A stretch of DNA of 51,090 nt, counting the filler, from Circinaria calcarea (Eukaryota), in the NCBI GenBank assembly GCA_051942165.1. It is 2 parts of 2 records of this genome, joined end to end, with 100 filler letters (N's around TTAATTAATTAA, not from the genome) between each part and the next. Parts side by side here need not be neighbours in the genome. Positions count along the whole stretch, not along the records: positions 1 to 25,522 come from JAVECS010000090.1; positions 25,623 to 51,090 come from JAVECS010000091.1. One strand, given 5' to 3'. Below the pieces are notes generated by a model. The model saw nothing but the letters and a program-made list of their open reading frames with translations, was not told the origin of the DNA and did no database searches. Positions 23,299 to 35,769 of this stretch are shown piece after piece; position 1 is the stretch's first letter, and every line of letters starts with the position of its first letter. A program made the translations under genes and the position numbers.

Positions 23299-25379
23299 TT
23301 AGTCGGAGTCCAGGTCGATGGCGTTGTTTTCAGAGGTACCGCGGAGGTCATGGACCGCGGTCTGCTCGTTCTCGGCTTCTCCGTCCTCTTTGTCCTCTCC
23401 GTCGTACCCCTCGCCATTGTAGTCCACTTCCTCTCCGTCTTCATCCTCATCTCCGTATCCTTCCTCTCCGGTTCCATACTCGGCCATCCCGTATTGAGCA
23501 TAAGCTCCAAATGGAGCAAGTTCCTTCAACACTCCCTGCACAGCTTCCTCGTCGCTGTCAATCTCTGTCTCTTCCTCCGACTCGTGAGTCGGACCAATGT
23601 TTGCGTACTCTCGGATTTCAGCATACATGGCAGCATCATTCGTGCCGCCGTGATATTCTTTGCGCATGCGCTTGGTTGGCCCATGCGGTCTATAGAGTCC
23701 AAACTCGTCTTCCTCATCAGAGGAGAAACCATGTGAGCGTTTAAGGACGTTAACAATGGCAAGGTCCCACGCAAGACGAGCATCTTCAATGTCTACAGCG
23801 GTCTGCTCTTCGTCGTACTCAACAGCTTGGGTGTGGGTGTAATGCGGTGGGATCGCTGCGGGTTCGTGGAGGGTGTCTTCCTCGTCGTATTCATGATAAT
23901 CTTCAGCAGGTATGGTACGGAGGCCATAAGGGTAGTGAGGGTTCGGAACGTGATTAACGGGTTGTTCATCGTCGGAATCTTCATAGTCGGGTAGATTATC
24001 TCCGTTCCCGTAACTACCATTGTGAGGATTGTCGGTGGGCGTGTGTGAGTCGATGTCATCTCGACTAGCGTACTCTTCTGACTCACTTCGCATCGGCCCT
24101 AGGTCATCCAGTTCGCCAGGCTGGAATCGTGAAGAAGTTGTTGAGGTGGGTGGTGAAAGAGGATCGTAGTCATTGTGCTCGCCGCCTTCATACCCTTCTT
24201 CCTCAATGTCTGCTTCATCTTCGGAAACAAATAGAGACTCCTCTTCGCGGTTGGCACGGGTAAAGGAGTTGGTGAGATGTTGACGATGCTCGGCAGAGGA
24301 GGCATGGGGAACAGGCTCATAGTTGTCGTCGGGAAGGCCATGTGCCAGTTCATCAGTCGTTATAAGCTTGTCAACGTAAAAACCGCCATACGAATCGTTG
24401 AATTGAATCTGACGTTCCTCCCCAATCAGATCAATGAAATCATGAGCATGGGATCGAGAGCTTGATGCTTGCGCATGCCCTCCGGTAGCCTCAGGCCAGC
24501 TTGAGCGACGGCGATCTTTGTCGCCTGCGGCCTCGTATCGCTTCAGTTGGGCCTCTAGCTGTGGGGTCCACTCCGCTAGGACATCAGCTTCAACCATGCG
24601 CTCAAGATGGGCCTTGTGCTTATCGATTTCTGCATGCATTTTACGATACAGCTGGTCATGAATTCTTGGCCCTAGCTCTGCGCGCAGCTCAGACTCGATT
24701 CCTGGTCCCAGCTGGCCACGAATCTCTTCGATGGTGTCGTCGCGAATCTGCACTTCCCACATTGTGCGGAATTCCTCGTCGATTTGCCTCTTCAGCTCTT
24801 CCTGCGCTGGGATTCGATGTTCGGCGTCAAGCGCCGCTGTGACTTCGTTAAACAACTTCAATCTAATTTCTTTCTCGTCTCCATGAAGGATGTCGCGCTT
24901 CAAGTCTGCAAATGCTTGTCCACGAAGCTCCTCCTTGAGCTCGGTCATGACTTGGTTCCTCAGCTCATCCTTCATCTCATTAACGACATCGTCTCGAAGG
25001 TCTTTCTTCAGGCCGTCGATGATCTCATATTTAAGCTCGGCTTTGAGAGCGTCGATAGCCACCTCCTTGCTCTGTTTGGTAAGGAAAGCGCGCTGCTCTG
25101 CTTCGATCTTGTGACGCATTCCGCCCTTGAGGTAGATGTCAGGACGAGCCAGGTGCTCCATGTCCTTTGCTTTCTTGTTGTTCTCTAGAGCGGTCTTTGC
25201 GGTGATGATGCTAGACCTGAAGTCAGGGGTGGATGGTAGAGACTTGACAGCGCGGTTGTCATGTACTGCGTCGTCCATAGCAGCGTTTGTACGAAGTACT
25301 GACTTCATGTCTAGTAACTGTCAGCAACTAACTAGATCCTACTGCGAAATGGTGCCCTTGGTAACTCACCTGGTGGCAT
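23299..25379 (-). CDS. Hypothetical protein with long coiled-coil N-half and very acidic C-half
   Basis: 669-aa ORF plus micro-exon ATG CCA CCA G (25379-25370) and intron 25369-25311; ends NNAIDLDSD (SIM-like). Confidence 0.75.
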
Positions 25380-25522
25380 TGCGCAATTCGTTCAATCAGA
25401 GACGCGTATGCAAAGGCTCTTAGACGTACAGGTTGTGAGCCGTAAATTGGCTCAAGGAAATAGCAAGTGGTTGCAAAAAGGACAAGTGGGAATGGACGTG
25501 CTTGGAATGGAAAGTTACAGTG

Positions 25523-25622
25523 NNNNNNNNNNNNNNNNNNNNNNNNNNNNNNNNNNNNNNNNNNNNTTAATTAATTAANNNNNNNNNNNNNNNNNNNNNN
25601 NNNNNNNNNNNNNNNNNNNNNN
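25523..25622. other. Assembly gap / artificial contig linker
   Basis: 44 N + TTAATTAATTAA (stops in all six frames) + 44 N. Confidence 0.97.
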
Positions 25623-25838
25623 CGCTCTTGCCATTATGGACGATTTGATATACTAGTTTGCCGTAGCGAGCGCAAGCCGAGGCCCGAGACTTGTGAGCGC
25701 GCTACTGCATGATTTCCTCACCGCTGCCTATTTCGACATCAGCCTGACCTTCGCACCTTTCTAAACCTTGAACTCGTACTTCCCGAATCCAGGTTTCAAA
25801 CCAAACACGCTCAACGCTAACTCTTCGTCATCAATCAG

Positions 25839-28223
25839 TTCGTTGTCGACGGCGATTGGATAACCGATCATACTGCACCTCAAGAAAACGACGGGGCCAA
25901 CAACGTGAACAACTACTTGTTGCCACAAGACATCATAAAGCCTCCGAGTTCTACAGGCTACCAATCAGCAGGCATCATGTCTGGAGTAACTCCCCAATCG
26001 ACGACCTCCAAGCTTGCTGGTAACGTGCCAAAAGAATCATCGCAAGACTTGGACCTGCCTGGGAGTTTTCCGGAAACTCCTGCTGCAGAAACTTCTGAGT
26101 TTTCTGTCAACCCTATGCCGGCAAGTATGGGAACCGGTAATCCCGTTAGACTACAGCCTGGTGAAAAAGTTCCCGATCCAAGCACTTTTACCTCCAATAC
26201 CGTCTCTTCCACTGTTCGAGACGATCTCTCTCTTGCTAAAAAGGATGAGGATCCCCAGCAAACTTTTGGAGTCAACCCACTCCCGGCTACATCAGGGCCT
26301 GGTAACCCAATTCATCTGAACCCCGGCGAGAAAGTTCCACACCACGGTGAGTTTACAAGCAGTGGAGTGGATTCTGCAGTGACCCAAGATAAAGAATCGT
26401 ATGAGAACAGCTCAGGTGCCCCACAACTTCCTGACGTCGTGACGCCACAAAAAGAGCGAGATGCTCGAGGCGGTGGAATGTTCAATTTGCCAGGATTGTC
26501 GGGCAATATGATTCCAGAATCGAGTTTGCCAATGGGCGAGGGTACATCTGCTGAACGCGATCCCGGGTTTACTATCCAATCTGCTGCTCCGCATTCAACA
26601 ACTGCAGAGTTGGCCGGCAAGGTACCGTTGGAGCAACAAGGTGTCCCGGAAATCGTGCAAGAGAGCCAAGCAAAGGCTGGGCTTGATCCAGAAGCAAGCG
26701 CAAATCAAGAGGCAGTCAAAGAGAAGACGCAGATGGAAAAAGAGCTGGAGAGTAAGGTTCCCGAGGAGCCCCCAACAGCGGAAGGTACCGGCACGGAAGA
26801 GAGCGGTACACCACAGAAGAAAGAGATAACCGGAGGCGAAGTCACTGGTATGGCAGCCGGCGGTGCTAAAGAAGCTGCTGGTATGGCAGCCGGTGGTTCT
26901 AAAGAAGCAGCTAGTATGGTAGCAGGTGGTGCCAGAGCTGCTGCTGATATGGCAGCCGGCGGTGCTAGAGCTGCTGCTGGTATGGCAGCCGGCGGTGCTA
27001 CTGCCATCGCAGCCGCAGTGGGCTATGCCAATAAGGCGGAGTCCCCTGAGCAGGCCACTTCATTACCATCTCGCGGCTTACCACCATCTGTTCAGCAAGC
27101 CATTGATGAGATGAACAAGGGTAGTGCTGTAGCACCAACAGTTCCAGATGTCGTGCAGGAGTCATTTACTAAAGCACATCAGTCACCGGAAGCAGCAGCT
27201 AGTGAAGAAATGGTTGGTGAAAAGAGAGCGATGGAAACCGAGTTCCTGCAACACGTCAAGACCGAAGAGACAAGACTTGGTGCGACAAACAACGGTATCC
27301 CTATAGCACCTGCAGTGCCCGACGTTGTACAGCAGTCCATTGCCAAAGCCCATCAGTCTCCGGAAGCAGCGGCGAGTGCCGAAATGGTTGGTGAAAAGAG
27401 TGCGATGGAGGCTGAATTCTTGAAGCACGTTAAGACAGAAGAAGCAGGCGTTGATAAGGCGAACGAGGGCATCGCCATTGCGCCTACAGTGCCAGACATT
27501 GTACAACAGTCCATTGCCGAAGCTCATCAGTCTCCGGAAGCAGCCACGAGTGCCGAAATGGTTGGTGAGAAGAGCGCCGTGGAAGCGGAAATCTTGCAAC
27601 GTGTCAAAACAGAAGAAGCAATTGGCGAGCCGGCCCCGGCGATGAGCGCAGCTCTTTCAGAGTCGGCTCCAGCCCCAACTATGATCCCATCAAAAGCAGA
27701 CCTTAACGCTCCAGCCTCAACTTCGATGTCACAGGAACCGGGCTCTGATGCTCCTGTTGCAACTTCAAATGCATACGATAAAGGTCTCGATGCTCCAGCT
27801 GTGATTCCAATCTCATCCGCCCGCGATCTCGAACCCCCACCTTCATCTTCAGTCAAATCTGGACCAGGTCTTGCTGCTCCAGCGGCTGCACCAGCAACGA
27901 CACCAGCTGCAGAAAACGCATTTCATCAAGCAATCGACTCCCGTGATGTCTCGCCTATGTCTCGTGGTCCGACTACCTCATCGCAAGCCCAGCCAACTGT
28001 CACCAGCGGCTTGGATTCGAGTGTCGCACCTCAGATCTCCCAGGCTGACCCTCCTGTGACACAGCCGAAGGCAGAAGAACCGAAAACGGCGATTCCTGCA
28101 CAGGCAAGTCCCATGAGCAATAAGAATGGCGAGAGTAGCGCAGGTGTATCAGCGGACAAGAAGTCGAAGAGAGCAAGTGGGTTTTTTGGAAAATTGAAGC
28201 AGAAGTTCCACCATAAGGACTAA
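25839..28223 (+). CDS. Crp1/Mdg1-like protein with N-terminal CBM48/AMPK-beta-type glycogen-binding domain; 5' exon(s) missing
   Basis: After branch GCTAAC and acceptor CAG (25838) the frame reads FVVDGDWITDHTAPQENDGANNVNNYLLPQDI (CBM48 C-half), then PGSFPETP, GNPVRLQPGEKVP repeats and a basic C-terminus KKSKRASGFFGKLKQKF. Confidence 0.85.
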   Translation, partial: FVVDGDWITDHTAPQENDGANNVNNYLLPQDIIKPPSSTGYQSAGIMSGVTPQSTTSKLAGNVPKESSQDLDLPGSFPETPAAETSEFSVNPMPASMGTGNPVRLQPGEKVPDPSTFTSNTVSSTVRDDLSLAKKDEDPQQTFGVNPLPATSGPGNPIHLNPGEKVPHHGEFTSSGVDSAVTQDKESYENSSGAPQLPDVVTPQKERDARGGGMFNLPGLSGNMIPESSLPMGEGTSAERDPGFTIQSAAPHSTTAELAGKVPLEQQGVPEIVQESQAKAGLDPEASANQEAVKEKTQMEKELESKVPEEPPTAEGTGTEESGTPQKKEITGGEVTGMAAGGAKEAAGMAAGGSKEAASMVAGGARAAADMAAGGARAAAGMAAGGATAIAAAVGYANKAESPEQATSLPSRGLPPSVQQAIDEMNKGSAVAPTVPDVVQESFTKAHQSPEAAASEEMVGEKRAMETEFLQHVKTEETRLGATNNGIPIAPAVPDVVQQSIAKAHQSPEAAASAEMVGEKSAMEAEFLKHVKTEEAGVDKANEGIAIAPTVPDIVQQSIAEAHQSPEAATSAEMVGEKSAVEAEILQRVKTEEAIGEPAPAMSAALSESAPAPTMIPSKADLNAPASTSMSQEPGSDAPVATSNAYDKGLDAPAVIPISSARDLEPPPSSSVKSGPGLAAPAAAPATTPAAENAFHQAIDSRDVSPMSRGPTTSSQAQPTVTSGLDSSVAPQISQADPPVTQPKAEEPKTAIPAQASPMSNKNGESSAGVSADKKSKRASGFFGKLKQKFHHKD
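26847..27011 (+). repeat. 33-bp intragenic tandem repeat x5 (GMAAGGAKEAA-type 11-mers)
   Basis: ggtatggcagccggcggtgcta... units at 26847, 26880, 26913, 26946, 26979. Confidence 0.9.
27132..27620 (+). repeat. 174-bp (58-aa) intragenic tandem repeat x3
   Basis: APTVPDVVQ.S..KAHQSPEAAAS.EMVGEK.AME.E.L..VKTEE units start at 27132, 27306, 27480. Confidence 0.92.
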
Positions 28224-28770
28224 GACCCAAGATCACCGCTGTACTTGGACAGCAGAAATGGGTGCTGGGCAGCTGTTCACAGTATGCATATACTTCGTCG
28301 GAGCGAGTTCCAGTCGAGCGTTTTGTTTTTGGCATACATTAGAAGAGTGGGCCCTTAATGTAATCAGTCTTTAAGAGACGAAGTGGGAAGGTGTTTAATT
28401 TGATACCACGGGTGCGGAAGGGAAGTTCTGTTACTCTCCCCACGAAATATCTAGGTAGCCTAGTCACTCTCACAAAAAGTGGCCACATATTGAAGATCTT
28501 CTTATGAACATGACTATCACATTCAAAACGTAGGCTGGAGGTCTTGTTATTCCACATGTATGTAGTCGCTATTCCGTTATTTTAGCACGATGTTCCTTTG
28601 GGCCCTGGAGAGATCTTGGCATCCTGGCATCCTGGCATCCAATCTGATTACGAAACCCTACACAGATCATCACCATGACTAGGTACTCAATTTCCTAACC
28701 CCTTTCGCCATATGAAAGTCTATATCTTAACGTGAGACTTCCTCACCACTGAAGCGGTTGATACCCCGTC

Positions 28771-29655
28771 ATGGCGCCAGCTCAGCGGACACGCCCAGGG
28801 CGTTTTCGTCGTTCTACCGAGTTCCTCAGCACCGCTTCATGGTTGTATCCCTTGAAGGTGAGTAGGCTCCGAAGGCACATGTGGCATTACAGCTGACATC
28901 GAAACCAGGGTATTTACTACTTCTTCGCCCACCCTTTTCTCTACCCACTATTACGAGCGCGCCTGATACCCTGTCTCCTGCTATCTATGTTTGTCCTCAC
29001 AAACCTATTCCTTTTTACATATCTCCCCCAAGTTGCTTTCCTGATGATCTTCCACGGTCCTTTGGCTTGGGTGAATGGAGCATTTTTGGTATTAGGGGAG
29101 GGAGCCGCGATTGTTGCATTGCTGTTCGAGGCATTCTTTGTCGATGAAACATTAGTGGACGTTTTTGATGCAGTTTTGATCAATGAAGGCTGCGGAGATC
29201 TAGTTGCCCAGGGAAGAATATTACAGTCCGAAGGCAGTGATCCGGTGAAGCAGCTGGGCAAGCCCACTACTTCGGCTGTCTACTCACCCTTCTCGTTGCG
29301 CCAGATCGCGGAGTTCATCTTTTTCTTGCCACTGAATCTCATACCCGTTGGAGGGACCCCGGCTTTTCTGATCCTCACAGGTTATCGTGCCGGCCCATTA
29401 CAGCATTGGAGATACTTTAAGTTGCTGGGGCTCACCAAGAAAGAAAGACAGGCTGTCATCAAAAAGCGGAAACTGCGATACATGTGGTTTGGAACGGTCG
29501 CCTTGCTGCTACAACTCGTGCCAATGCTTAGCATGCTTTTCCTGTTGACTACTGCTGTCGGTTCTGCACTATGGGTTGTCAAGCTTGAAACAACGCGGCT
29601 TGAGAGCGAAAGTGATGCTTCGGCTGCGCCGGAATACACAGATGATCCTGTCTGA
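28771..29655 (+). CDS. EI24-domain membrane protein (Rrt8/Lds-like)
   Basis: Spliced WLYPLK|GIYYF (intron 28858-28908), FFVDETLVDVFDAVL, PLNLIPVGG, HWRYFKLLG, FGTVALLLQLVP, TTAVGSALW. Confidence 0.85.
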
Positions 29656-30927
29656 AGAAATGACCATACTACAAACCAACAGCTATCCTACGTTCACTTT
29701 GCTAAGGCCTAGAATCCGACACCCAATTGCGATGTACGACCGATGCCCGCTTACCATAGTACGGACTAAGAGGGCTTCTATGGGTGTTTGAATACCTCCT
29801 ATGTGCTACAACACTCCACCAATTTTAGAGGTCGAATTGATAGCCTGTCTGTAACTTTAATATTGTGATATACGCTGACGGAGGTTTACTCGAGAGGCCT
29901 AAGCTGAATGCTCAAGATCGGTGATCATGGCACTGCTTGCGGAAATGATGGAGGAAGACGGTACTAGAGGATTTGGTGGGCCGCCTCATATCGGCACCTT
30001 ATTCGGTCATTAGAATGAAGATCAGACGTCTTCCTAGTACACACGCCGACGGCATGTCTGAAGGAGCTGACCAGCCTGTAATTCAAACGAGGTGTTAATG
30101 ACAAACAATAGTAGAGGAATCAAAGAAATTGACAACAATGGCTCCCTCCATCTGATCTTCTCGGAAGATTTATTCCAGTGCGCCCTTGGCTCTATGTCAT
30201 TTATCTTTACGATACCTACCAAACAGCGGTCATAACCCATTCAAAGGTACGTGGGTACCAAGCTTTTGCTGTGGGGTAGTCGTTGAATGATCCTGGTCAA
30301 TAACCAAAAACTATTCCAGAGGGGACCCGAGGAGCCAATCAGATGGCTTAAACGCGGTTCGCCACGCCCGAGCAGCGACAAAAGAGCCGCCCATCATCTT
30401 CGTCCCCCTTCTCAGCCTCTGTGACAGTCCATCCTTTACTTGATGTTCTCGCGATCCGAAACAGAGATAGTTCTGTATCGGGCATGGTATATGTGAAGGG
30501 AACCCTTCCTCTGGCCTTCGTGTTGCAGAAACCGCCGACCTTATGGCTTCATCTTGGCCAGAAGCCTCTGAGACTGCTGTACTAGCAGTTCTTTGTTTCA
30601 CTGCAATAATAACCATTGTTGGGCCGAGATGAAAGACGCGTTGAGCTTTCATTGTTCTCCGGATCTTGTAGATATTACAGGAATCCTCCTATTTTCGCGC
30701 TCGTATACTCTTGCCGTTGGATTTACAATTCACTCTCCTTTTCTATCTATCCTTCTAGAATTTCAGTCATTGCTTGCGCATCCACTTCTATTCACCACCA
30801 GGTAGCCATAATCGGCTCCATTATCTTCCAGCTTTTTCTTCTTCGTCTTCCCATTTGCTCTTTATCATACTCACTTACATATTTGATTATCATAATTCTA
30901 GCCCTCGAACCGATACCTATTCGAACA

Positions 30928-32735
30928 ATGGCCCTCTTCATCCAGGCTTTCATGCTGCTGGCAGCTCTTTCCGATACAACCACAGCCGGGCCAGTTCCCC
31001 ACCATAATGTTGCTCGGTAAGTCAAAAGTAACCAGAAACCCTGAACCAAGTGGACCAGCTAACATATTGCAGGCGCCACATCTATCCCCGATTCTTCAAT
31101 CAGTCGACGGCGTTGGCCGAATCCTCGTCAACCTTGGTCGTTCCTAGCTTGACTTCTGAGGCTTCGTCAGGTGCCTTCTTTACATCTGAATCTCTTTTAG
31201 GAACCAGGAGCCTTGACCCAACGACCACAATACCGCTCATGACCGCAGATATTTCCATGGCTGCATCTAGTGCTGCATCCTTATCTACGACATTGACTGG
31301 TCAGGTTGGTCAGGTTCAAGCTCTCGGCGTAGATCCTGGTTCACCCCCGATAACATCAAGCCCACCATCCACGTCTTCGTCAACGACAATCCCTACATAT
31401 TCAAGGCTGTTCACGTTGAACGCCGAGAATAACAATACCGTACCCACTTCAATATCTTTTTCAATCACATCGGAGGCTACTCCCCAATCAACCAGCCTGA
31501 GTACATCTATCACCAGCGATATTCCGGCTTCTACGAGTTCCCGAACCTTGGGCCCGGTGTCACTTTCGTTCCCTACGTTTGGCTCTTCTGGTAGAGGATC
31601 AATGACAATGAATTCTTCATCAACCCCTCTGCTTGTTCCATCCACTGCCATGAGCTTGACAGCGTCGACGACCACAACCTCCATCTCTTCAACTTCGATC
31701 TCCTCGACGTCGGTCTCCTCGACTCCTAGCTCCTCGACTGCAGCGACAAACAATACCATGGCTTCCTCCATCTCATCGGTTATACCTGCCTCCATAATCT
31801 TACCTGATTCTACCACCATCCCTTCGACGATTTTGCCTACTTCCATGGTCTTGTCTACTCTATCGGCCTTACCTACTTCTACAATCATTCCTGGAGCTTC
31901 CTCGACCTCATCAGCTCTATCAACGCCAACCTCAAGTCAAAGTGGAGGAAGTGAGAACATTGTTTTAGCTATGAAGTTCAATGATTGGTTCAACAGCTTG
32001 ACCGTTGATTCAACTTGCAGTTCTGCCACAGACAGCAAAACACAGGCTGCTTGCATAAACGGTCAACTTGCCCAGTGCAATTCCAACGGGAAGTACACTA
32101 TCTCGGAATGTGCCCAAGGACAACAATGCTACGCGCTCCCACTTTCTGGAGTTTCCCAAGGTGTAACCATCCAGTGTGGCGCTGTCAGCTCAAAACCATC
32201 GATTGCAAACGCAACAATCCCGTCATCTATAAGCGTATCCTTGACATCAGTCTCCACCAGCGTTGCCCAGTTGCTATCTGATGGAGCAAGCCAGCCTTCA
32301 GTACAATCGGCCAGTCTTCTGGCTTCAACCGTGCCGCTCGAAGCATCTTCGATTTCCACCACCTCGCTTCTAGCCCAGACATCCCAGCTTGCTCTCAGTC
32401 AAGCTTACGCATCGAAACCATCGCAGACCGAGGTTGTGGCTACTAACACGGCGGTGTCGGCCTCCGCGACTCTATCGACCCAGGTCTCAAATGAATCTTC
32501 TGCCCAGTCATCCTCGACTGTGGATGAGCCTTCGCAAAACGCCAGCCCGAGCACAGGCCCAGCTCAAAGCGCCGTATTACCGATTCCAGCCGCGACCTCG
32601 CTGTCAACCGCTCCAGGCGTGGCATCGATTAGTACCGCGGCTCCCGCTATCACCATTATACCGGTCAAAGCGAGTGGATTTGTAACTGTCACGGAGACTG
32701 TCACCGTGACAGAGACGGTGACGGACCGGCGCTAG
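30928..32735 (+). CDS. Secreted Ser/Thr-rich mucin-like protein with central Cys-rich (CBM19-like) module
   Basis: Signal peptide MALFIQAFMLLAALSDTTTAGP; intron 31017-31072; S/T-rich flanks; ACINGQLAQCNSNGKYTISECAQGQQCYALPL...TIQC. Confidence 0.8.
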
Positions 32736-33451
32736 TTGTTGACAGCTCTGTAAATGCATTTATCAGTTCAGGGGCTCCACTAGCATGTCTTGAGCGACGA
32801 GCTATACTGGCGTTGGAGGTCTAGCCTTGACGGCTCCGTTTCTTTCTAGCATAGGCGGTAGATTCGCAAATCATCAGATACCCTATAAATTACCAATATC
32901 ACGCTCTCTCACTCTCTTTTATCCCTCTTTAAGTTGTATGTTAACCGTGGTAATCCGTAGAAGGCTTATCAGAATGTATATTCTCACCATGGTAATCTTT
33001 CCTTGCATAATCTTTAAACTAAGCGAATACCGGAGTTTTCTCTTATCTCACAGGAATGTTTGCAAGGTGTTATGGTGTCTATGTGGTTTTAGGGAATGGA
33101 AAGGTTGGTGTGATTAAGTGGTATAAATTGTGCGTTACGGGCTCTACCTATATGGAATACAATTACACCTTGGTGTGAAATATACACCATTTATTTGGTC
33201 TGTACGAGGCTTTTTACTATTTTCTGTTATAGCTAATAAAGATATCGGTTGCCCTAAGAAGACTTTGTCTGAGAGATTCTCTGATTCGACGCAGTTGACC
33301 AAACAATTACTGCGGAAGGGGACTGTAGAATATCTTGTCGTTTAACAGCGTGACAGCCTCAAGTGGCCAGCATCTACGTCATGGGCCATTACCGATCGGT
33401 CCGAGTTTGGTCGTTCATACGCAGTGTATTTTGGAACGCGCCAAGACATGA

Positions 33452-35769
33452 ATGCCCTCTGTAGACGCTGTTGCAACGCCCATCACTGGCATTTCCGCCG
33501 CACGGTCTGAACTGCAAGCCCGGATGTCGACCAGTCCTTATCTACCGCTGCCGCATCAGCAGCACCAATTTGCGCAATTTCCACCAAATAAAAGCAGCAT
33601 TTTCCCTATTTCATCGGCAACCGGAAATACTTCGGCAGACCGGGACCTGGCCTTCCCCAACGATCTGAGCAATGATGGGCCTTTGAGCATTCATGGTGAC
33701 GAGCATCCAATCGGGGCGACGAACGGGGCTGATGGAAAGGCTCGGCTTCGCAAGGCTTGCGATTCCTGTTCTATCAGGAAGGTGAAGGTGGGCTTCGGGT
33801 TGGGGACAGGCGCGTTTGTTACATGCTAACCCGAGCAATTACACCCAATAGTGCGATGAAGAAGGACCTCCATGTCGACCATGCACAGCTCTAGATATCC
33901 CTTGTACCTTCCAACGCCCGAGTCGACGACGCGGACCGCCCAATCGCCATGCCGAAGCCATCAAGAAGCGTCGGTTCGAGTCTCCTGCAACGCCAGGCCA
34001 TTCAATTCCCTCTTCTCCCACCCATGCCGCCCATGCTGCTCAGACACTGGCCTCGTTCGCTCAGCATCACGTCCTCTCTGCGGAATCGATATGTCCATTC
34101 CCAGTCTTGCAACTACTCGTCGATGACTACTTCCTTTTCATCCACCCGCTCATCCCCGTCCCACACGAACCATCCTTCCGAGACGGTCTGCACAGGCGGG
34201 AGGATGTTAATAATCCTCGGTTTCTTGCGTTGTTGGCTTCCATGATAGGTTGCCTGGTTGCCTCTTTTCCTCGGAAGCCGCGTTTGCACCTCAAGGCACA
34301 AAACAAGGAGAATCTGTTTCCAAACTCCATGAGCCTCATTGAGCGGTGCCGCAAGGTCGCGGTCGAGGCTCGGGGCCCAGGGTATCTAGACAGAGATTTG
34401 GACGTCTATGATACTGCTACCAGTTATCTTCTAGCCCTTTCTAGCGCTTATACCTTTAATTGGCCGAGGTGCAGACTTTATATGGGAGAGTGCTTGACGA
34501 TGTTGACTGTCATTGGATTACACAAAACCTCAAGTAACCCATCTACTAGTCTCCGCAACTCATTGTCACCCAGCAGTGGAGATGAAAGTGTTTCAGGTTA
34601 CAATATGGACATCATCAGGCAAGAAATGATGAAACGGATATTTTGGGTCATATTCGTGAGTATCAGATCTATACATCAATTAGGAGCATCCTTCCGGGAA
34701 CTCTGGATCTATCCAGATTCGCCCTCGAAACCCTACCCGGATCTTCCAATCGAAGTTGACGATGCATACATCTTCCCGAATCATGTTCTCCCACAACCCA
34801 AAGGCATCTTATCTGAACTTGTGGGCTTTAATGTCAACGTTCGTGTGTACAACACATACAATGATCTCTACAAGATGGATATTGCCTACGGACTCGATGA
34901 GTTGTACGACTGGCATCATCAGAGGCGCACCTTCGATCGCTGCTTGCAAGCTGCTAAGCAAGTCTTGGGGGACGTTCCGACTGAGCTTGTGCTCAATCCA
35001 AGCATGGGTTTCAATCAGTTTGAGCAAAGCCGGGATTTCCTTGGACCAGTAGCTCCCAGCTATCCAGAGGCTTCTGACCCCGGTCCATATCCTTATGTCA
35101 AAACAGAAGATACCTCAGCCAATCGTCGAGCATTGCAGTGCGAGATCCAGAAAGCCAACATCAATGGTAGTCAGCTAGCCACGCGATGTTACATTGTCGA
35201 GAAATACTGGAATCTCTATGACAAGCACCGCTGTATAAGGTCGGGTAACGACACGACCAATGACTCCGGTAACGCAACTACCAACACGTCACCTATCATC
35301 GCGGGTGCAAGCTACTCCCCGACTCCAGCTAGTCATATCGATCTCACAGAGCAAGAGATGGCCTCGGAAAGGGAAACTGTCATCAAGGATTTACTTATGA
35401 TGCTAGGAAATATTAGTCAAGTCAGCATGGAGCCCAATGGCGGAAGCTTTGTGAGTACTGCAGCAATCTCTAGTCGTCAGGCTTTCCGACTGACCGTCTA
35501 CGTAGATTCATAAGATCCGCCAGATTGCATCAACCCTTCTCGATGTGCCTCGGACGCGCAAAGGCCAGCTCGCTCTCCGGGCAGAAGAATATCTCGCCGC
35601 CTTTGTCGAGGTCCTGATGAAGCTCGAACATGTCTCCTTTCAAGCACGAGGTAGGGAAGGGGAAGATGGCACCGACGGTGATGAGGAGGCGGAGCTGAGG
35701 ATTTGGGCAGATCTGAGGGAGTACCAGGAAAGATTCGCAAGGTCCGGTGGCTTTCTAGCAGAGGATTGA
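33452..35769 (+). CDS. Zn(II)2Cys6 fungal transcription factor
   Basis: Spliced RKACDSCSIRKVK|CDEEGPPCRPCTALDIPCTF (intron 33788-33851); middle homology region YFLFIHPLIPVPHEPSF; second intron 35451-35505. Confidence 0.93.

Noticed and set aside
23131..23736. 201-aa hydrophobic plus-strand ORF resembling a membrane protein
   Set aside because: Hydrophobicity arises from the complement of GAA/GAG/GAC codons of the acidic minus-strand gene
25567..25578. TTAATTAATTAA as a piggyBac target site or regulatory palindrome
   Set aside because: Symmetrically embedded in N runs; assembly spacer
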